Source: Tubiluchus corallicola
Taxonomy: Eukaryota > Animalia > Priapulida
Assembly (NCBI GenBank): GCA_030141605.1
Contig: JAQGDQ010000257.1
Span: forward strand, 186,001 to 250,000
Direction: 5' to 3'
DNA length: 64,000 bases
The translations under genes were made by a program, and so were the position numbers. The notes beneath the pieces were generated by a model that was not told the origin of the DNA, ran no database searches, and saw nothing but the letters and a program-made list of their open reading frames with translations. Below, piece by piece: positions 26,332 to 40,400 of the stretch. Position 1 is the first letter of the stretch. Each line of letters starts with the position of its first letter.

Positions 26332-28715
26332 AGCATCTTTAGAAAATCTTTGTTGAAAGAAAATCAGCCACCAAATATGACATAATACACATCTCATTTT
26401 TGCTTATGCAAATATTTGTTTTAAGTTAAATTTTCTAACCAGTCTATTACATTGTGGATTAGTAGATTAGATACCAAGTTCCTACATATAATGATATAAA
26501 CAACATGCATAATTATTTAGATTAGTCATTACTACATTTTGTGATGGGATAGTTCGGAAAATTTAATTAGGATATTTTGCTGAATTTCTTTACAGTAACA
26601 TCAACTGAAACAGAAACTAACAATATATTAATGATAAGATTCGATTGGAAGCTAAAGTCATTAATCATTTACTAAGAGGCACAGATTGATCTATCTAACC
26701 ACAGTCAATCCATAGAAATCAATCACACAAAACGCTGTACATGCAGCTTAACAGTCAAAAGGAAAACACGAAAAGTATTAAGGAAATATTGTCTACAGTC
26801 AATTAACTGACTCCACATTACTCATACTGAAAGCTATCATCCAGCTGCCTTCATAATTCATACATTTTCCTTGTTAACAAGACAATTAGATCACGAAATA
26901 CATCAATCAATGATGACCAATCACTGACAAATTAGCTGAGAATTGAAAATGCTTATCTACAGCAACATCCATTTCACATATAGGATGAGTGACAAAATTC
27001 CTTAAGGAATATCTCCTTCCAGCATTCTTCACGAAAACGGAACACGCTGCTTCACAAATAATTGCCTACATTAAATTTTTATAAACTCATATTAGAAAAA
27101 TTCAACATTTTTACTGCACACTAGTGGTCATCATCAGCAAATATGCAAATAATGATTTAAAATTCAGAACAAAAACAAAACAGAAACGTTGAATTTTTCT
27201 AATAAAAATTTTATAATATAGTGAGTTGTTTATGAAGCAGATATATTGTTTTTGTTTCAAAGAAATGAAAAAACTTTATCAGGAAACACACTGCATTCTC
27301 AGAAGCATTCCATACCGATGCCTCACAAAGAATTTTCTCCATGGGTTTCCTTGTGAGCAATTCTGTTTCCAGCTAGAAGCTGTGTATTCTTTTCAAAGAA
27401 GATTCTGCCAAGTGGAAGAAATGGAGCGAGCACGTTTCTCATGGAATTTACATTAAAATTTAACTGCTTAATTACGTCTTTCTTGTTTGTGTCAACATTC
27501 GGCAGAGAATGTTAGGAGTTTTTAATCTATCTTTTATCAAATAAACAATTTTCTGTTTTACTTGAGACAACAGTGATGGTTATATTTGTAAAAACAAATA
27601 ATTACAACATGGATATTATTACAATCGTTACATATTTATGTTCAAGTGGTTAGTGGTTATTCTAAAAATGAACAGGCTTTCTAACCTGCAAACACATGCG
27701 ACTGAATACTGGACCTAGCTGCTAGCTGGACATGCGTACAAAATCGCACAGTTTCTGTGTGCAATGGATTCTTTTGCTACATTGGTTACTGTGAAAGTAT
27801 AAAAAAAATTCTGATTTTCTTAGAGCAATTCTTCGCATCATCCGTGTGAAATGGGTCTAATATTCTCTCTTTCTCATTGTAATCCCTTATTTTTGAATTA
27901 AAGAAACGATCATAAAACACTACGAAAATGCCATTTTGTCATGTCAACTTTTCCAAAAATAATTTAATATAAAAATTTCCTGTTACTGGAAAACCAAATA
28001 TTATTTCGAAAGCTAGAAAACCTGGTAAAAACTGCTTTTGCACAGCCAATAGAGGCAAAAATCTGCTGCATCTCTATTACTCAAATTCACACTGGACGGA
28101 TGTGCTTATGCAGTAGCAGCAAAATCATCCCAAGTCTCATGTAAAAATCAGCCGATGGTAGCATTGAAAAATCAGCAGATGCCAGTACGGGGGCTGAAGC
28201 AAAGAAATGGCTGAACAAAGAACACAAATATGTAAATATTTACATTCTTCGAATTGTTTATCTTAACTCGGCTATATCATCTTACCACATTTGGTAATAA
28301 AGCAATTAACTCGAACCATGGATATTTGCTGCCTTTGTTGGCATTACTGCACTGACTAGGTGAGCAATGCCCGTGGAAAATAAGAACGGCAGAAGGATCA
28401 TAGGAGTGCATTGTTGAGGAATCATAATTACCATGAAAAATGACTACATGTAAATGTTAAAATTTTATTATAGCATGTATGATTAATATAATATAACTAA
28501 AACTAAAACTGTGCAAACAATATGTGTATATAAATGCATGCCAATGCTCCTGCCATTACTTCACTACTTAACTTCTTCTTCTTTATTTTTCTCTGTCACA
28601 AATGTAAATTTCACGTATAGACAGGTTTTTCTTGCAGTTAGACCAATCTTTGCATCAGACACTGTGTCCCAGTTGACTATATTCTTAGCTTTTGTTTATG
28701 CGTTATAGTCCCTGA

Positions 28716-29629
28716 TAGAATTGTACTGATGCTATGTTGGCGCACTTGTGGAAAATCAACACCAGTAGCCACTAGAATTGTACTGATGCTATGTTGGCGC
28801 ACTTGTGGAAAATAAACACCAGTAGCCACTAGAATTGTACTGATGCTATGTTGGCGCACTTGTGGAAAATAAACACCAGTAGCCACTAGAATTGTACTGA
28901 TGCTATGTTGGCGCACTTGTGGAAAATCAACACCAGTAGCCACTAGAATTGTACTGATGCTATGTTGGCGCACTTGTGGAAAATAAACACCAGTAACCAC
29001 TAGAATTGTACTGATGCTATGTTGGCGCACTTGTGGAAATAAACACCAGTAGCCACTAGAATTGTACTGATGCTATGTTGGCGCACTTGTGGAAAATCAA
29101 CACCAGCAGCCACTAGAATTGTACTGATGCTATGTTGGCGCACTTGTGGAAAATAAACACCAGTAGCCACTAGAATTGTACTGATGCTATGTTGGCGCAC
29201 TTGTGGAAAATCAACACCAGTAGCCACTAGAATTGTACTGATGCTATGTTGGCGCACTTGTGGAAAATAAACACCAGTAGCCACTAGAATTGTACTGATG
29301 CTATGTTGGTGCACTTGTGGAAAATAAACACCAGTAGCCACTAGAATTGTACTGATGCTATGTTGGCACACTTGTGGAAAATAAACACCAGTAGCCACTA
29401 GAATTGTACTGATGCTATGTTGGTGCACTTGTGGAAAATAAACACCAGTAGCCACTAGAATTGTACTGATGCTATGTTGGTGCACTTGTGGAAAATAAAC
29501 ACCAGTAGCCACTAGAATTGTACTAATGCTATGTTGGTGCACTTGTGGAAAATAAACACCAGTAGCCGCTAGAATTGTACTGATGCTATGTTGGTGCACT
29601 TGTGGAAAATAAACACCAGTAGCCACTAG
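28716..29629. repeat. Minisatellite, 57-bp unit, 16 copies
   Basis: TAGAATTGTACTGATGCTATGTTGGYGCACTTGTGGAAAATMAACACCAGTAGCCAC; one copy has a 1-nt deletion. Confidence 0.97.
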
Positions 29630-30279
29630 TAATCACTAATCAGAACCCCGATGAAAATGCAGCAGTTGCAAATTTTCTTTTGCATGTTATTATTTTCTAC
29701 TACAAACTACTGAAGCCTAGAATACAGCTGGTGAAAGTCTGATGAACTCTAGACATCAAACAGCCGTCTCTGTTGCCAAGATGTCAGAAGCATGCGCCGT
29801 TACACGTCAATCAACACACTACAAGCAAAAACTTCAAAATGCGTGGCATTGCTGTTACAGAGCGACTTTCACCAACAGATCACACGCTTCATGATTAGAA
29901 GTTTTATACATGCTGACGGCTCTTAGTCACAAACACAGAATTGTACTCAAGAAAAAAATAAACTCATGTGACATCTTTGCGAAGTAAACATCTTTGTGCA
30001 ACCTAAAGAAGATATCTTTTTTAGTTCCACCCCTGGTAGCTAAAGAAACCGAAGAAGTGGCTTGGCTTCACTCATGCACATCTGGTAGTTTACTTATACT
30101 CCCACTATAAACACTTTAATGATGACTTACCTAATTACGAAGCCAATAACAAGATTCTTCTGCTTGAAAGAACAGCTCCATTTAAGACATAATTAGTCTT
30201 AAATAAGTAGTGGTCTACATGTTATGGCAAGCTTTTTTCTCTAAAAAATTAAATTGACACTTAAGATTAAAACACTCTG

Positions 30280-30489
30280 TACGTTCTACAAATTCATTAG
30301 ATTGATTTTAACAACATCTTAAAATGCATTCATTTAAATTGTATTTTTTATGAATTATTTCTAATTTTAAATGTTTTTAAATTTTATGTTTTCAATGAAT
30401 TTTAACTGTATTTTATTGTTCAGCGTGCTGAGATTTTAAATGATTTAGTGTGCTATATAAATAAATTTTACATTACGTTAAATTACATT
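30280..30489 (+). mobile_element. 3' end of a non-LTR retrotransposon (L2/Crack-like) with a (CATTA)n tail; second copy at 49997-50203 on the minus strand
   Basis: Both copies share TTTTATTGTTCAGCGTGCTGAGATTTTAAA...GTGTGCTATATAAATAAATTTTACATTAC and end in short tandem tails. Confidence 0.65.
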
Positions 30490-32899
30490 TTATTTTGATT
30501 TTCTAGCACAACAGTTAAAATTTTCATTAATTCATTGTCTTCACAAAGATCACTCAATAATTAATGATGCCAGCTAATCACATATAACAAAGAAACTGTA
30601 GTTAATTAGTAATATAAATGGGCATGGATCACGCATGTTTAAAGCTCCATAGGTAGGATTTCCTGGCTACTGCTGTTACTCACAGCATGTCTTCTTTACA
30701 AATCACTGGACTCACTAAGTGTCTCTCTAGGAGAGGAAATGATTCATGCTACCGGGTAGTCTGAAACATGTTACCACTGAAGAACACTTGAAGGTAAAAC
30801 TAAGAACAACCAGATACACAACAAAACCAAACTTGTTTAAAATTATTTTTTAAAAAGCTGCAAGGGAGACTGAAAATGTGCTCCTCATATTATAAAAATA
30901 CTACAAGCAGGATTTCAATTAATTTTTTTATAGTATAGTAATTTATGTCTATGCATTATATCTATATGTATATATTATATCTATGCATTACACGAGAGTA
31001 ACCATTTCATATCTAAGTTCAACTCTAGGTTGAATGGCTATGAGTATCAACTATCTATAGATAATGACACTAGTGCTCTGCACGTTGTATGGACCACAAA
31101 TTTATCCTATTACTCGCACGTTTTCTGTTTACAAATACACTTAATCCACCTTAGCTAGCACTCGATTTACTCACTTGAATTTTCATGATGACGTAAAGCA
31201 ATAGTTTAAACACCGTAACAAAGTAAACAAGGTCCCTGTCTTCTGGCATACAGTATAACTAATAATTTTTTTACGTTGAGCTTTTGACTTGACCTTCTTT
31301 GTTGTCTTTTTTGCTTATAAGTGATTGTAAACATAACACTGCATACTGGAAAGTTAAAACCTCATGACCTTGACCTATAAACAACACAGTAAAGGCCTCT
31401 CTATGCTGAGTAAAGGTACAGGAGCAACAAGTCTGATTATTAGAAATTGTCAAATCATTTTCAAGCTTCTTAGCATTTTACAAAACGTAGGATTGGATAA
31501 TTGAACAATGAAGGTAAATGTCATTTTCATAATGCTGGAATGAACATGTCAAGGGCTGATTAGGCACTTTGAATCGACCTTCCTCTTTCTTCCCCTATAC
31601 TGGATTGCAATGAGGACTTTCACTCCAACAAAGTTCACTAAATTTCTCTAAGTTAACCGTCAAAACCAATCTTAGTAAGTAAACCAAATTAGCTCAAGAA
31701 ATCTTGTTAATGACAGTGTTCCATAATTACACTTATTAAACCTCTTTTTTGTTTGGTCAGCTAGAACAAATAACTAAAGTCAGCAAACACTAACTGTTAC
31801 ACTATGAGTTTCGGCGTGACACCAAGTTATGGTCAACACTGTGTTACAATTACACGATGCACTGTAAACAAAAACTGGAGTTACAAACTCAATGTAACCA
31901 ACACAATAAACTTACTTAAGTAATTAATGCAAAAGAGTACAGAGAATTGTTAGGGTGAAACATTTTGAGCCTTCCCACTTTTTCTAATGCTCACTTTATG
32001 CAATAAACTTTGGCAGCACGGTTGTTACTCGTTTATGGCACGTGAGTAGTTACTGTTACAAGTTCCTTTATTCAAAAGTAAATTGTCACTGTCATAAATT
32101 TGCAATTTTTACTGTTATTTCGCCACTTGTAACGTGCTGCAATTCTGATCTGTACTAAAGCTCATGGGCCCTGGGCAGTGCCTTAGTAGAGCCCCCACTC
32201 TCTTTCTGGTTTAACATAATTAGAAATTTAAAAAATTTTAACACATTTTAAAAACTAACACATGTACGTATGTATTTTGGAATTTAAGTCAAAACTGGAT
32301 ATATTACTTGTATTTACTACAATTCAGTACACTGCAAGAGGAAAGATGGTGTTCAGCAAAAAGGACTACTCAATGTGGAGGGAGGGGAAATTGTGGCAAG
32401 ACTGGAATCTTATCATCAAAGTTAGTCCATTATCAATACATAAAATAAGACACTGAACCGGTAGAGATACCTTAGCTCTGTTTGGTGTCTCTCAGTGAGG
32501 TAAATACTCAAATCAGTATAATATTATGGCAAAAGTAACCACACAGAGCAGAACCCTAATCTACTTGCAGGAATTTGTCATACATTTCAGAACACATTAT
32601 AAATAAGATGTTCTATTCCACAACGTTTTTATAGATATGTTTGAAATGTTATAAAACATTAAATAAACAATACATCTCTTAACAGCACAAGAAAATGGAA
32701 AACATACAGCATTTCACTGTGCTGTATAGATAATTATACTGTCTGTTAGATTTTCTATTTCACTCAAAACTTTGGTCTTTTTTAATTTTAACTTTTTTTA
32801 TTTTATATATTTGTTATATCAACATTTTGTGTGATTCTGAAGGATCTTTTTACCTTCTGACAGAGCAAGCAAACTGTTTGCCTTTTATAACAAAACTTG

Positions 32900-33625
32900 G
32901 GCGCTATTACACTTTCGCACCGCCTAGCTTTTTCTAGGTTATTACTCGTTTTTAGGCTCGTACGTCATCATTCTATTATTCTTACGTCATCAGTGAATGT
33001 TTCCGCTAATCTAATTGTAATTTAATCATATATTTAGGTATAATTACCAATAATTACGCTGTATTCACAGTTCTACACGTATCGCCATCTTGTTTGTGTG
33101 TGTAGTCACGTGACGAATTTCGTACTAGTTTATGCGTTATCAGGGCCTAGCTTAAAAGCACGTGACACACTTTCATCTTCACCGCATTTACGAAATAAAG
33201 AAAAAACCTTTACTTTTTTTATAATCTAATAGTAATAACACTACAGTAATAAATAAAATTAATGATAAATAACTGTAGTCGTCTAAAATAATTTCCTCGT
33301 ATATGCCAGCTAGGGTCCCGTGGCTGCAACCCTAATAATCATAAATTATGCGAAGAAACTAAAAATACATGTTAAGGGCCACATCGTCACTGCGCGAGAG
33401 CGATTGCGCATTAGTGGTGTAAACACAGTTATGCACGTAGAGCTTTTTGCGTAATGCCGGCGGTAAGTAATGTATGATTTTAATCTGGAATTATAAAGCG
33501 TAAAAAGCAATAATATTATGGGAATATGGTGTATATTACGCCTGTTGGTCTGCTTTCTGGCCTGCAGGCGTGAAAAGAACCAATAGGCCAGGAAAAGCTA
33601 GGCGGTGCGAAAGTGTAATAGCGCC
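32900..33625. mobile_element. MITE with 33-bp perfect TIRs and a 9-bp TSD (Mutator-like)
   Basis: GGCGCTATTACACTTTCGCACCGCCTAGCTTTT and its exact reverse complement; CAAAACTTG duplicated at 32891-32899 and 33626-33634 (7 bp if the terminal G/C belongs to the TIR). Confidence 0.88.
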
Positions 33626-34478
33626 CAAAACTTGTGCCAAAAGCACACCATGACCTACGGTGCCTTGCAGTTAATTAATGTCTTTGTCTATTTGGAAACC
33701 TATTTATTATTAGAAACTAACAAAATTTACACATTACCATTAAATAGGTTTACAATAATTATGATGGAAATACTGAAATAAAATTGTTAACATAAAAAGT
33801 CATATCATAAATATTTATGTAACTAATTACAGAATTGTAATAACGTATCGCTACATAGAACAGTGCAGGTTGGTGGCAAAGTCAATAATAATACTGCTCG
33901 ACTGAAAATGACTAAAACCATCATAATCGTGGACTCACTGCACGTACACTTTCGAGAAAAAAACAGTACAAAATGCTGAACAGGCATTAAAATCTTACCA
34001 TAATTACTACAGTCTACAGACTTGTAAGAAAACACAACAGGGATTCCCACCAGAATGATTATCATACCTTTATAATAACTGTTGATTGTAATTGGCTAGT
34101 AAAGACTTATTGCCTACTACTGACCCAACACGTCTCTGAACTTTCATACTTTTTTCAACAGTTAGAATCATGTTAGTTAATGCAAGCAACCACTGTATTA
34201 GACTGATATTAATGCAGCAAAATAATTAACCACATTTTGAAACCTTTTATAAATTTACCTTGAACACAAATAGTTTACCTTTTCATTTTCCATGCCAGTA
34301 TTTCTTCAAAATATTTTGAACACTGAAAAACTGAGTATCCATCGTGTGTTGCTTTATTATTGCAAAAACAAAAACTCAAAACGTGAAATTTCACCCTAAC
34401 TTTCACTTCGGGCGTGATGTCTAGTGGATTGTATGCATGCGCCACCTTTGTTTATATAGTTTATTTATTTTCCGTTAG

Positions 34479-37400
34479 ATGGCGACAAATAGTTTACTGG
34501 AAAACAAAATGTCAGCTCCCACATTGAAACTTTTGTGCTCAAAGCAGAAACTTGAAAGAGACCGTGGGCTTGTCCAGCTTAATAAATTTTTAAACGAATC
34601 TGACGCTGAAACGTGCACGTTATTTAAAATCGAATTGCTAAAGGTTTTAAGTGATGATTGTTTAGACTGGGAAAGTAAACATGGTTCATTATTGGGAGCT
34701 AAAGTTTTGTTACTGCATATGCAGAAAAATCCTGATAATTTGTCGCAAGACGACCTGAAGGAATTTGGAGAAATACTTAAAAATCGGGCTTTGACATTGC
34801 TCACCGATGAAGAGGCTCGTGTGCGATTGGCATCAGGTATAACTTCAGGAAGTAGTCTCTGTTCAATGTCATTTTTCATGTTCTGTTTGCTCTACAATCA
34901 AGAAATATGTTCCTTTACATTGTAGCAACATTGACATTCTAATCATGTCATTAAGCATGAGGGTAGTTTGCAGTCTACATGATTCCCGTGGAATCATTAG
35001 AAAGTTTGTCACAGTACAATAAGCTCGTTTAAACTACTGCTGTTGATATGAACAGTTCGTAATAAAGTGAATTAGTCAACTTGGACTTGTCACTTGCGTA
35101 GTGCAATTTAGCAAGGTCTCGATCAGGTGAGGGTAATATTAGAGTTGGCATGGGGTTTACTAAGAAGCCTAAGTTAGGCAAAACGAAATTGTCGGTAAAA
35201 AAATTTTCTGACCAGCAGTCAGTTCCATCTGCTCTCCTCCCCTCCTTATGTCTTATTGAAGGTGGTTATATGTATTTATGTATAATGTTGTGTGGACGTA
35301 AATGCAGTCAAGACACCTCTCTGGCCATGTCATAAGTCATTTATTTCACATTACACATTTACAATAGTTTCATGTACAATATATGGTGAAAGGGCCTACA
35401 ATGTACATGTATAATACAAATAGGTTTTTGTTTCTGCACAAGAAAAGCCTACAAATTGGTTTTTATTTCTGCGCAAGAAAAACCTCAAACACGGTTCACC
35501 TACATACAAATGTAAGTGTGTTGCGGGCAATCAAAAAGCAGGGCTTGTTAGACTGTTCCACACTGCGAAAAAAAGTAATGAAAATAAGCTGAAAATTTGA
35601 AGTGAATCGTATGATAAAGAAAATATTTAGTGTTTCAGAATGGAATGATATAATGAATGAAGCTTATATATGAGATGATATAAAAGATAGAAAGACTATT
35701 ATTTGTTAAAATATTAGGCATGTGCATATGCAAATTAAGATAACTTGATAAAGATACCTGGATTGTTTTACCACCACTGTGAGAATGGATACTGATAGAA
35801 GTTTTGATTACTCACTGGTATTTACTTAAAATTTGATTTTTTAGGTTTTTTTTAAATGTAGTAATATATCTGCTATTTTTTGCGGATTGACAAATCTCAT
35901 TCTGGACTTTTGGTCCCTGAAATATTATAAAATGTTTAGCTATGTTGGTTCTACAGAAAGGCACAATGTATTGATTATATTTTGTATTATGTCTCTTAGA
36001 TTGTATATTGTCAATTGACTGGAATTGCAAAAAAACTTAGGAAATAGTCTATTATTACATTTATACATAAACACTGCAATATTTAATCTAATTAAATCAT
36101 CTAATTGCATAATGCTACATTCACAGTAACGAAGTAAAGGTACTTCACTACACTTCTTTAGGCCATACATTAACCTTAAAAATTTGTGTTGCAACGTTTT
36201 TAAGCATTTCAGTTTAGATGGATATGTGGGGCCCCAAATAATGCTGCAGTAATTGAGATAAGGTAAAACCAGACTATTATACAGGATTAGTAAGTTTTCT
36301 TTCGAACGACTGTGTTTGATATGAGTAATGATGCCTATATTTTTAGCAATTTTGAGTCTGATGTAAGAGATATGTGTTTGCCAGTCTAAGTGTTCATGTA
36401 TGACTATAGATGTAGATTCTTAGGATACTTACAATAATCTGCCTGCCATGGTGATTGCCGTATCATCCGTAGTAGAGTTTAAATCTTTAATCAACAATTA
36501 TTTCATGGAAAAATATGTGCTTTCCATGAGTGTACTCACTTAACCCCTAATTATGACAGTGTAATAGAATGTTAGGCATTTATTGTTAATAATGAGTTTT
36601 GTTCTTTACTGTTAATAATGCGTTCGGTTTTTTCCCATCTCAGCCATCATAATAACTAGATCCTTTCCTTGGTTAGATGCTGAACATTGACTTGCAATCT
36701 CCTGAACTGTACAAAAAAAGTATCAAGGCAACACTAACTGTTTATTATTGTTTGCTTTAATAGGCGAAGTTTTGGGAGCATTATGTCAAGTATTCGGCTT
36801 AGAAATGTATATAAGTATCAAAGATGTTGTTTTGGATCTTGTTCAGTCAAACCTAGACAGACATATTCATTCTGATGACGATATTGCTGAACAGAAACAC
36901 AAAGATGTGCTCGTACAGAAACTGGTTGGACCTGGGGAGGAAACGGTAACGGCAGTTTTGACATTTTCATATTTTCCTATATAAATAACATTATCATTCC
37001 ATTAATAATAATTAACCATTAATATCTGACAAAGTTAAAATGACTGAGTTTATTTACGATCATTGACTAATTAACATTGGATTCAGATGCTACTGAATTT
37101 ATTAAAGAACACTTTCGATTGGCTAGCGGGTTTCTTTACAGTGATATGTATTGTTAATAGTCAGATTCAAAATTCATTTTAACAACTTCCCATTAGCACT
37201 GTTGCTAAGCTCCAAAACTAATCTTTTCCCGAGAAAGGTCCCCTGTTTTCAGAAATCCATTTTTTGGCAGAAAGTAATCTTTGCTTAGGATGCTGAATAC
37301 ATTTTTCATCAATTAATTCCTGCTTTAAGTGCTAAGTCTATTTTTGGCTCAAAATAACTTCTGCTTAGAATGCTAAAAAACGTTGCTGACAGACAGTTAT

Positions 37401-40400
37401 TCTTAGGATGGTTTAAGTGGCTTGTTTACTGAAATAGTCAAAGAAGAAGGATTTCTCACACTAACATTCCATTACTGATTTTTTGCAAAAAATAGGATTT
37501 ATGTGATGTTTCGGTTTATTGCATAACTTACAGAGCAAGAGTGTCGATTCATCACAAATATTTCATGATACTGCAGGATGGAAATCTTTAGAAACCAGCA
37601 TGAAGTGAGTTTTTCTTTACATTTATCTTGTTACTCTATCAAAATGTTTTGCATGTGACTGTTGTCGATGTTAAAATGTAGGAGTTTAAGATCGTCAGTT
37701 TTGCGTTTATATTACTGTTGTTGGTATTGTGCGTTTATATACTAGGGCTGTTAGACGTTCCTTATATATGGGACGTGTCCCATATTTGATAATTTTATTA
37801 CCCCTGTCTCATACTGATGTTTCGGTGAGACGTAAATGTCCTGTATTTAGTTCATTTTCAATTTTCGTAATTAAAATATATTTTTGCTACCTCCTTAAGG
37901 TTCTTAGTTATAACTTTATAAGTAATTATACTTTCTTTTCTCAGATTTTCTTGATGAAAATAACCCAACTGTAACGAGGAAATTAGTGTTGGTAGATGTT
38001 TTCACAAAACTGACGTGTTTGCTGCGTGTTTGCAATTGGCTTTATGTTTTTAACTTATGTCTCTACTTTTGCATAATATATTGGTCTGCGTGTGTAGGCA
38101 TGTATAAATTTATATATATAGTAACATAGAGAGAGATTTTGAGAGTGTCCCGTATTTCTAATTTTCTAATGTGCTCACATTTTCAGGAGTATATTATAAT
38201 TTATTTTTTGCAGTCGTTCAGTACATATGTAGTTATCAATTTTTGATAAGTAGTTATGCATGTTGGTATCCTGATTTGTGAAGCATTAACTGTCTTGTAG
38301 TAGTTTGGCTATATAAGTAAGAAGGCCCATAAGTATCACATGGGAACATGTCACACAATCATAAGCAAGCATGTTAATTTTTATCAGCATTGATTTTGTG
38401 CAAGATATACTCGTAGATTGGTTTGGTACATGATATATTTGACAAAAGCAAAACTATCTTTCACATCTTTGTATTTTTTGCTACTATAGACATACTACAT
38501 TATACGCATGGTATATATTGTGGCGGTGTTAACTTACTTCCTTGTTACCTGCTAAAACATAAAACATTCTCATGCTTTGGGAGTTTATTTTTTGCTTACT
38601 TGATAGCTATATGATTCCTAACTGTTTCTGTGCTTTAAAAATACTCTAGCATTGTTATTAGTGCTTGTATTCTTCTGGAGTACACTGGAGTATCTTTGTG
38701 AAGCGTGTGTGGTGTTTTCGCTTAAAATAAATCTGAAAAATAAATTGCTCTGTCATCACATTTTTACAGAAGTAAACTGAGAGTTGTTGCTCATTATTTT
38801 TTTGCAAAAAATGCTCACAAAGTAATTTATCAATTTTGAGAGCTTCTTTTAGTAACATATATTAATCACATTTTTCATACCTCAGATGTCTACAAGCATG
38901 CATTGAGGGGTGTGGTCATCGCTTTAATCCATGTATTGACCAACCATTGCTGGACCTGATATTTCAAGCATTACGGCATACAAACCGATTCGTGAGGGAA
39001 ACGGGTTACCAAGTCTGCGCAGCTTTGGTCAGCGTGGGTGTCGGAGAAGATGGTGCGTATGTTACTTCGCATTATAATCATGAAAGTGAATGCATGTACT
39101 GCTTTTATTTTGTTATATATTTCGGCGCACTGCAAACTGAAATCCAGCACTCAAAGGAGGACTTTCTCGATAAGATACTTGTGGCGTGACTGGAGCCTGG
39201 CTCACAGTCAAGTATATTCCTCTAAGTTGAACAACTGAACCAGCAGGTGTGCCTCAGTCCCATACAGATGCATATACATTCTTTCACTACGAGGTAAATT
39301 GCTAAGGTTTATGAATAATATTGCACAAAGTGAGCTGGTATTGAACCCAGGCAGGCAAATGACACTCGCATGAAAGCGCGCATCTGACAACTCAGCCACA
39401 GAGTTGCTTGACCTCACTGTTTGTTTTACTGCATGTTAATTTGGGCTTTTTAAGAATTTCCAAAGCAATTTGCATTTATTTATATTATAAATGTGTTTCA
39501 CAATTTTTCTTGTTGTGTTTGCTAAGAAATGGTATTATCTTTGAGTGACATCACGAGTCAGTTAAGTATTCACAATTTGTTCAAAATAGCAAACATCCCC
39601 CCACAACCTTTCTATCAAATGTGTTTTCGGTGTACTTAACTTTATTAAGAGCAAGTATAATTTGTTCAATAATTGTTCAATAATAAGTAAAAAAACAGCA
39701 CATATATACATAATAAAATATATAATTTAACATTTCGATTGGTATGCTTGTCATTTTCAATATCAGAAAAATCTGATTTTAGGAATGGTAGGCGCGCCAG
39801 TCAAAAACAGTAATCTAAAGTTATATTTTGCTATGTTTAACGTCAGACAGAATTTTGCAGAAATTTTCCCGTGAAGTATAATATATTCAGTTGTAATATT
39901 TAGTCTTAAGCATTTGTGAAGAAACTTAAAAAAGTGATCTTAGTTTATATTAATTATCAAGTCGATAAAACAGATTTAAAAGTTTCATCCAATTAAGCCT
40001 GTAAAGAAAATTACTGATTCCATTATTTCTAGCTGTAGCTGTCGTATGGAGCTAATCACTTTTAGGGGTTAGGAAATAGCCGAGTAGTGGTGGTGTATGC
40101 TTATTGACCGAAATTAAGCAATGCTGAGGTTAGGAAATAGCCGAGTAGTAGTTTTGTATGCTTATTGACCGAAATTAAGCAATGTTGAGGTTAGGAAATA
40201 GCCGAGTAGTGGTGGTGTATGCTTGTTGACCGAAATTAAGCAAGGCTGAGGTTAGGAAATAGCCGAGTAGTGGTGGTGTATGCTTGTTGACCGAAATTAA
40301 GCAAGGCTGAGGTTAGGAAATAGCCGAGTAGTAGTGGTGTATGCTTGTTGACCGAAATTAAGCAAGGCTGAGGTTAGGAAATAGCCGAGTAGTGGTGGTG

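Noticed and set aside
28677-29626. Repetitive ORFs (QHSISTILVATGVYFPQV)n
   Set aside because: Translation of the 57-bp minisatellite; broken by a 1-nt deletion, with no ATG start.
29720-29790. Possible hammerhead ribozyme core (CTGATGA...)
   Set aside because: No correctly placed GAAA or closing stems; the 57-bp unit has CTGATGC, not CTGATGA.
34475-34879. 134-aa minus-strand ORF
   Set aside because: Antisense shadow of HEAT exon 1 with no recognisable motif; the same applies to 73-255, 5206-5418, 8955-9197 and 17936-18172 opposite MICAL exons.
39337-39405. tRNA gene
   Set aside because: A and B boxes are present but there is no convincing acceptor or anticodon stem; treated as a SINE head.
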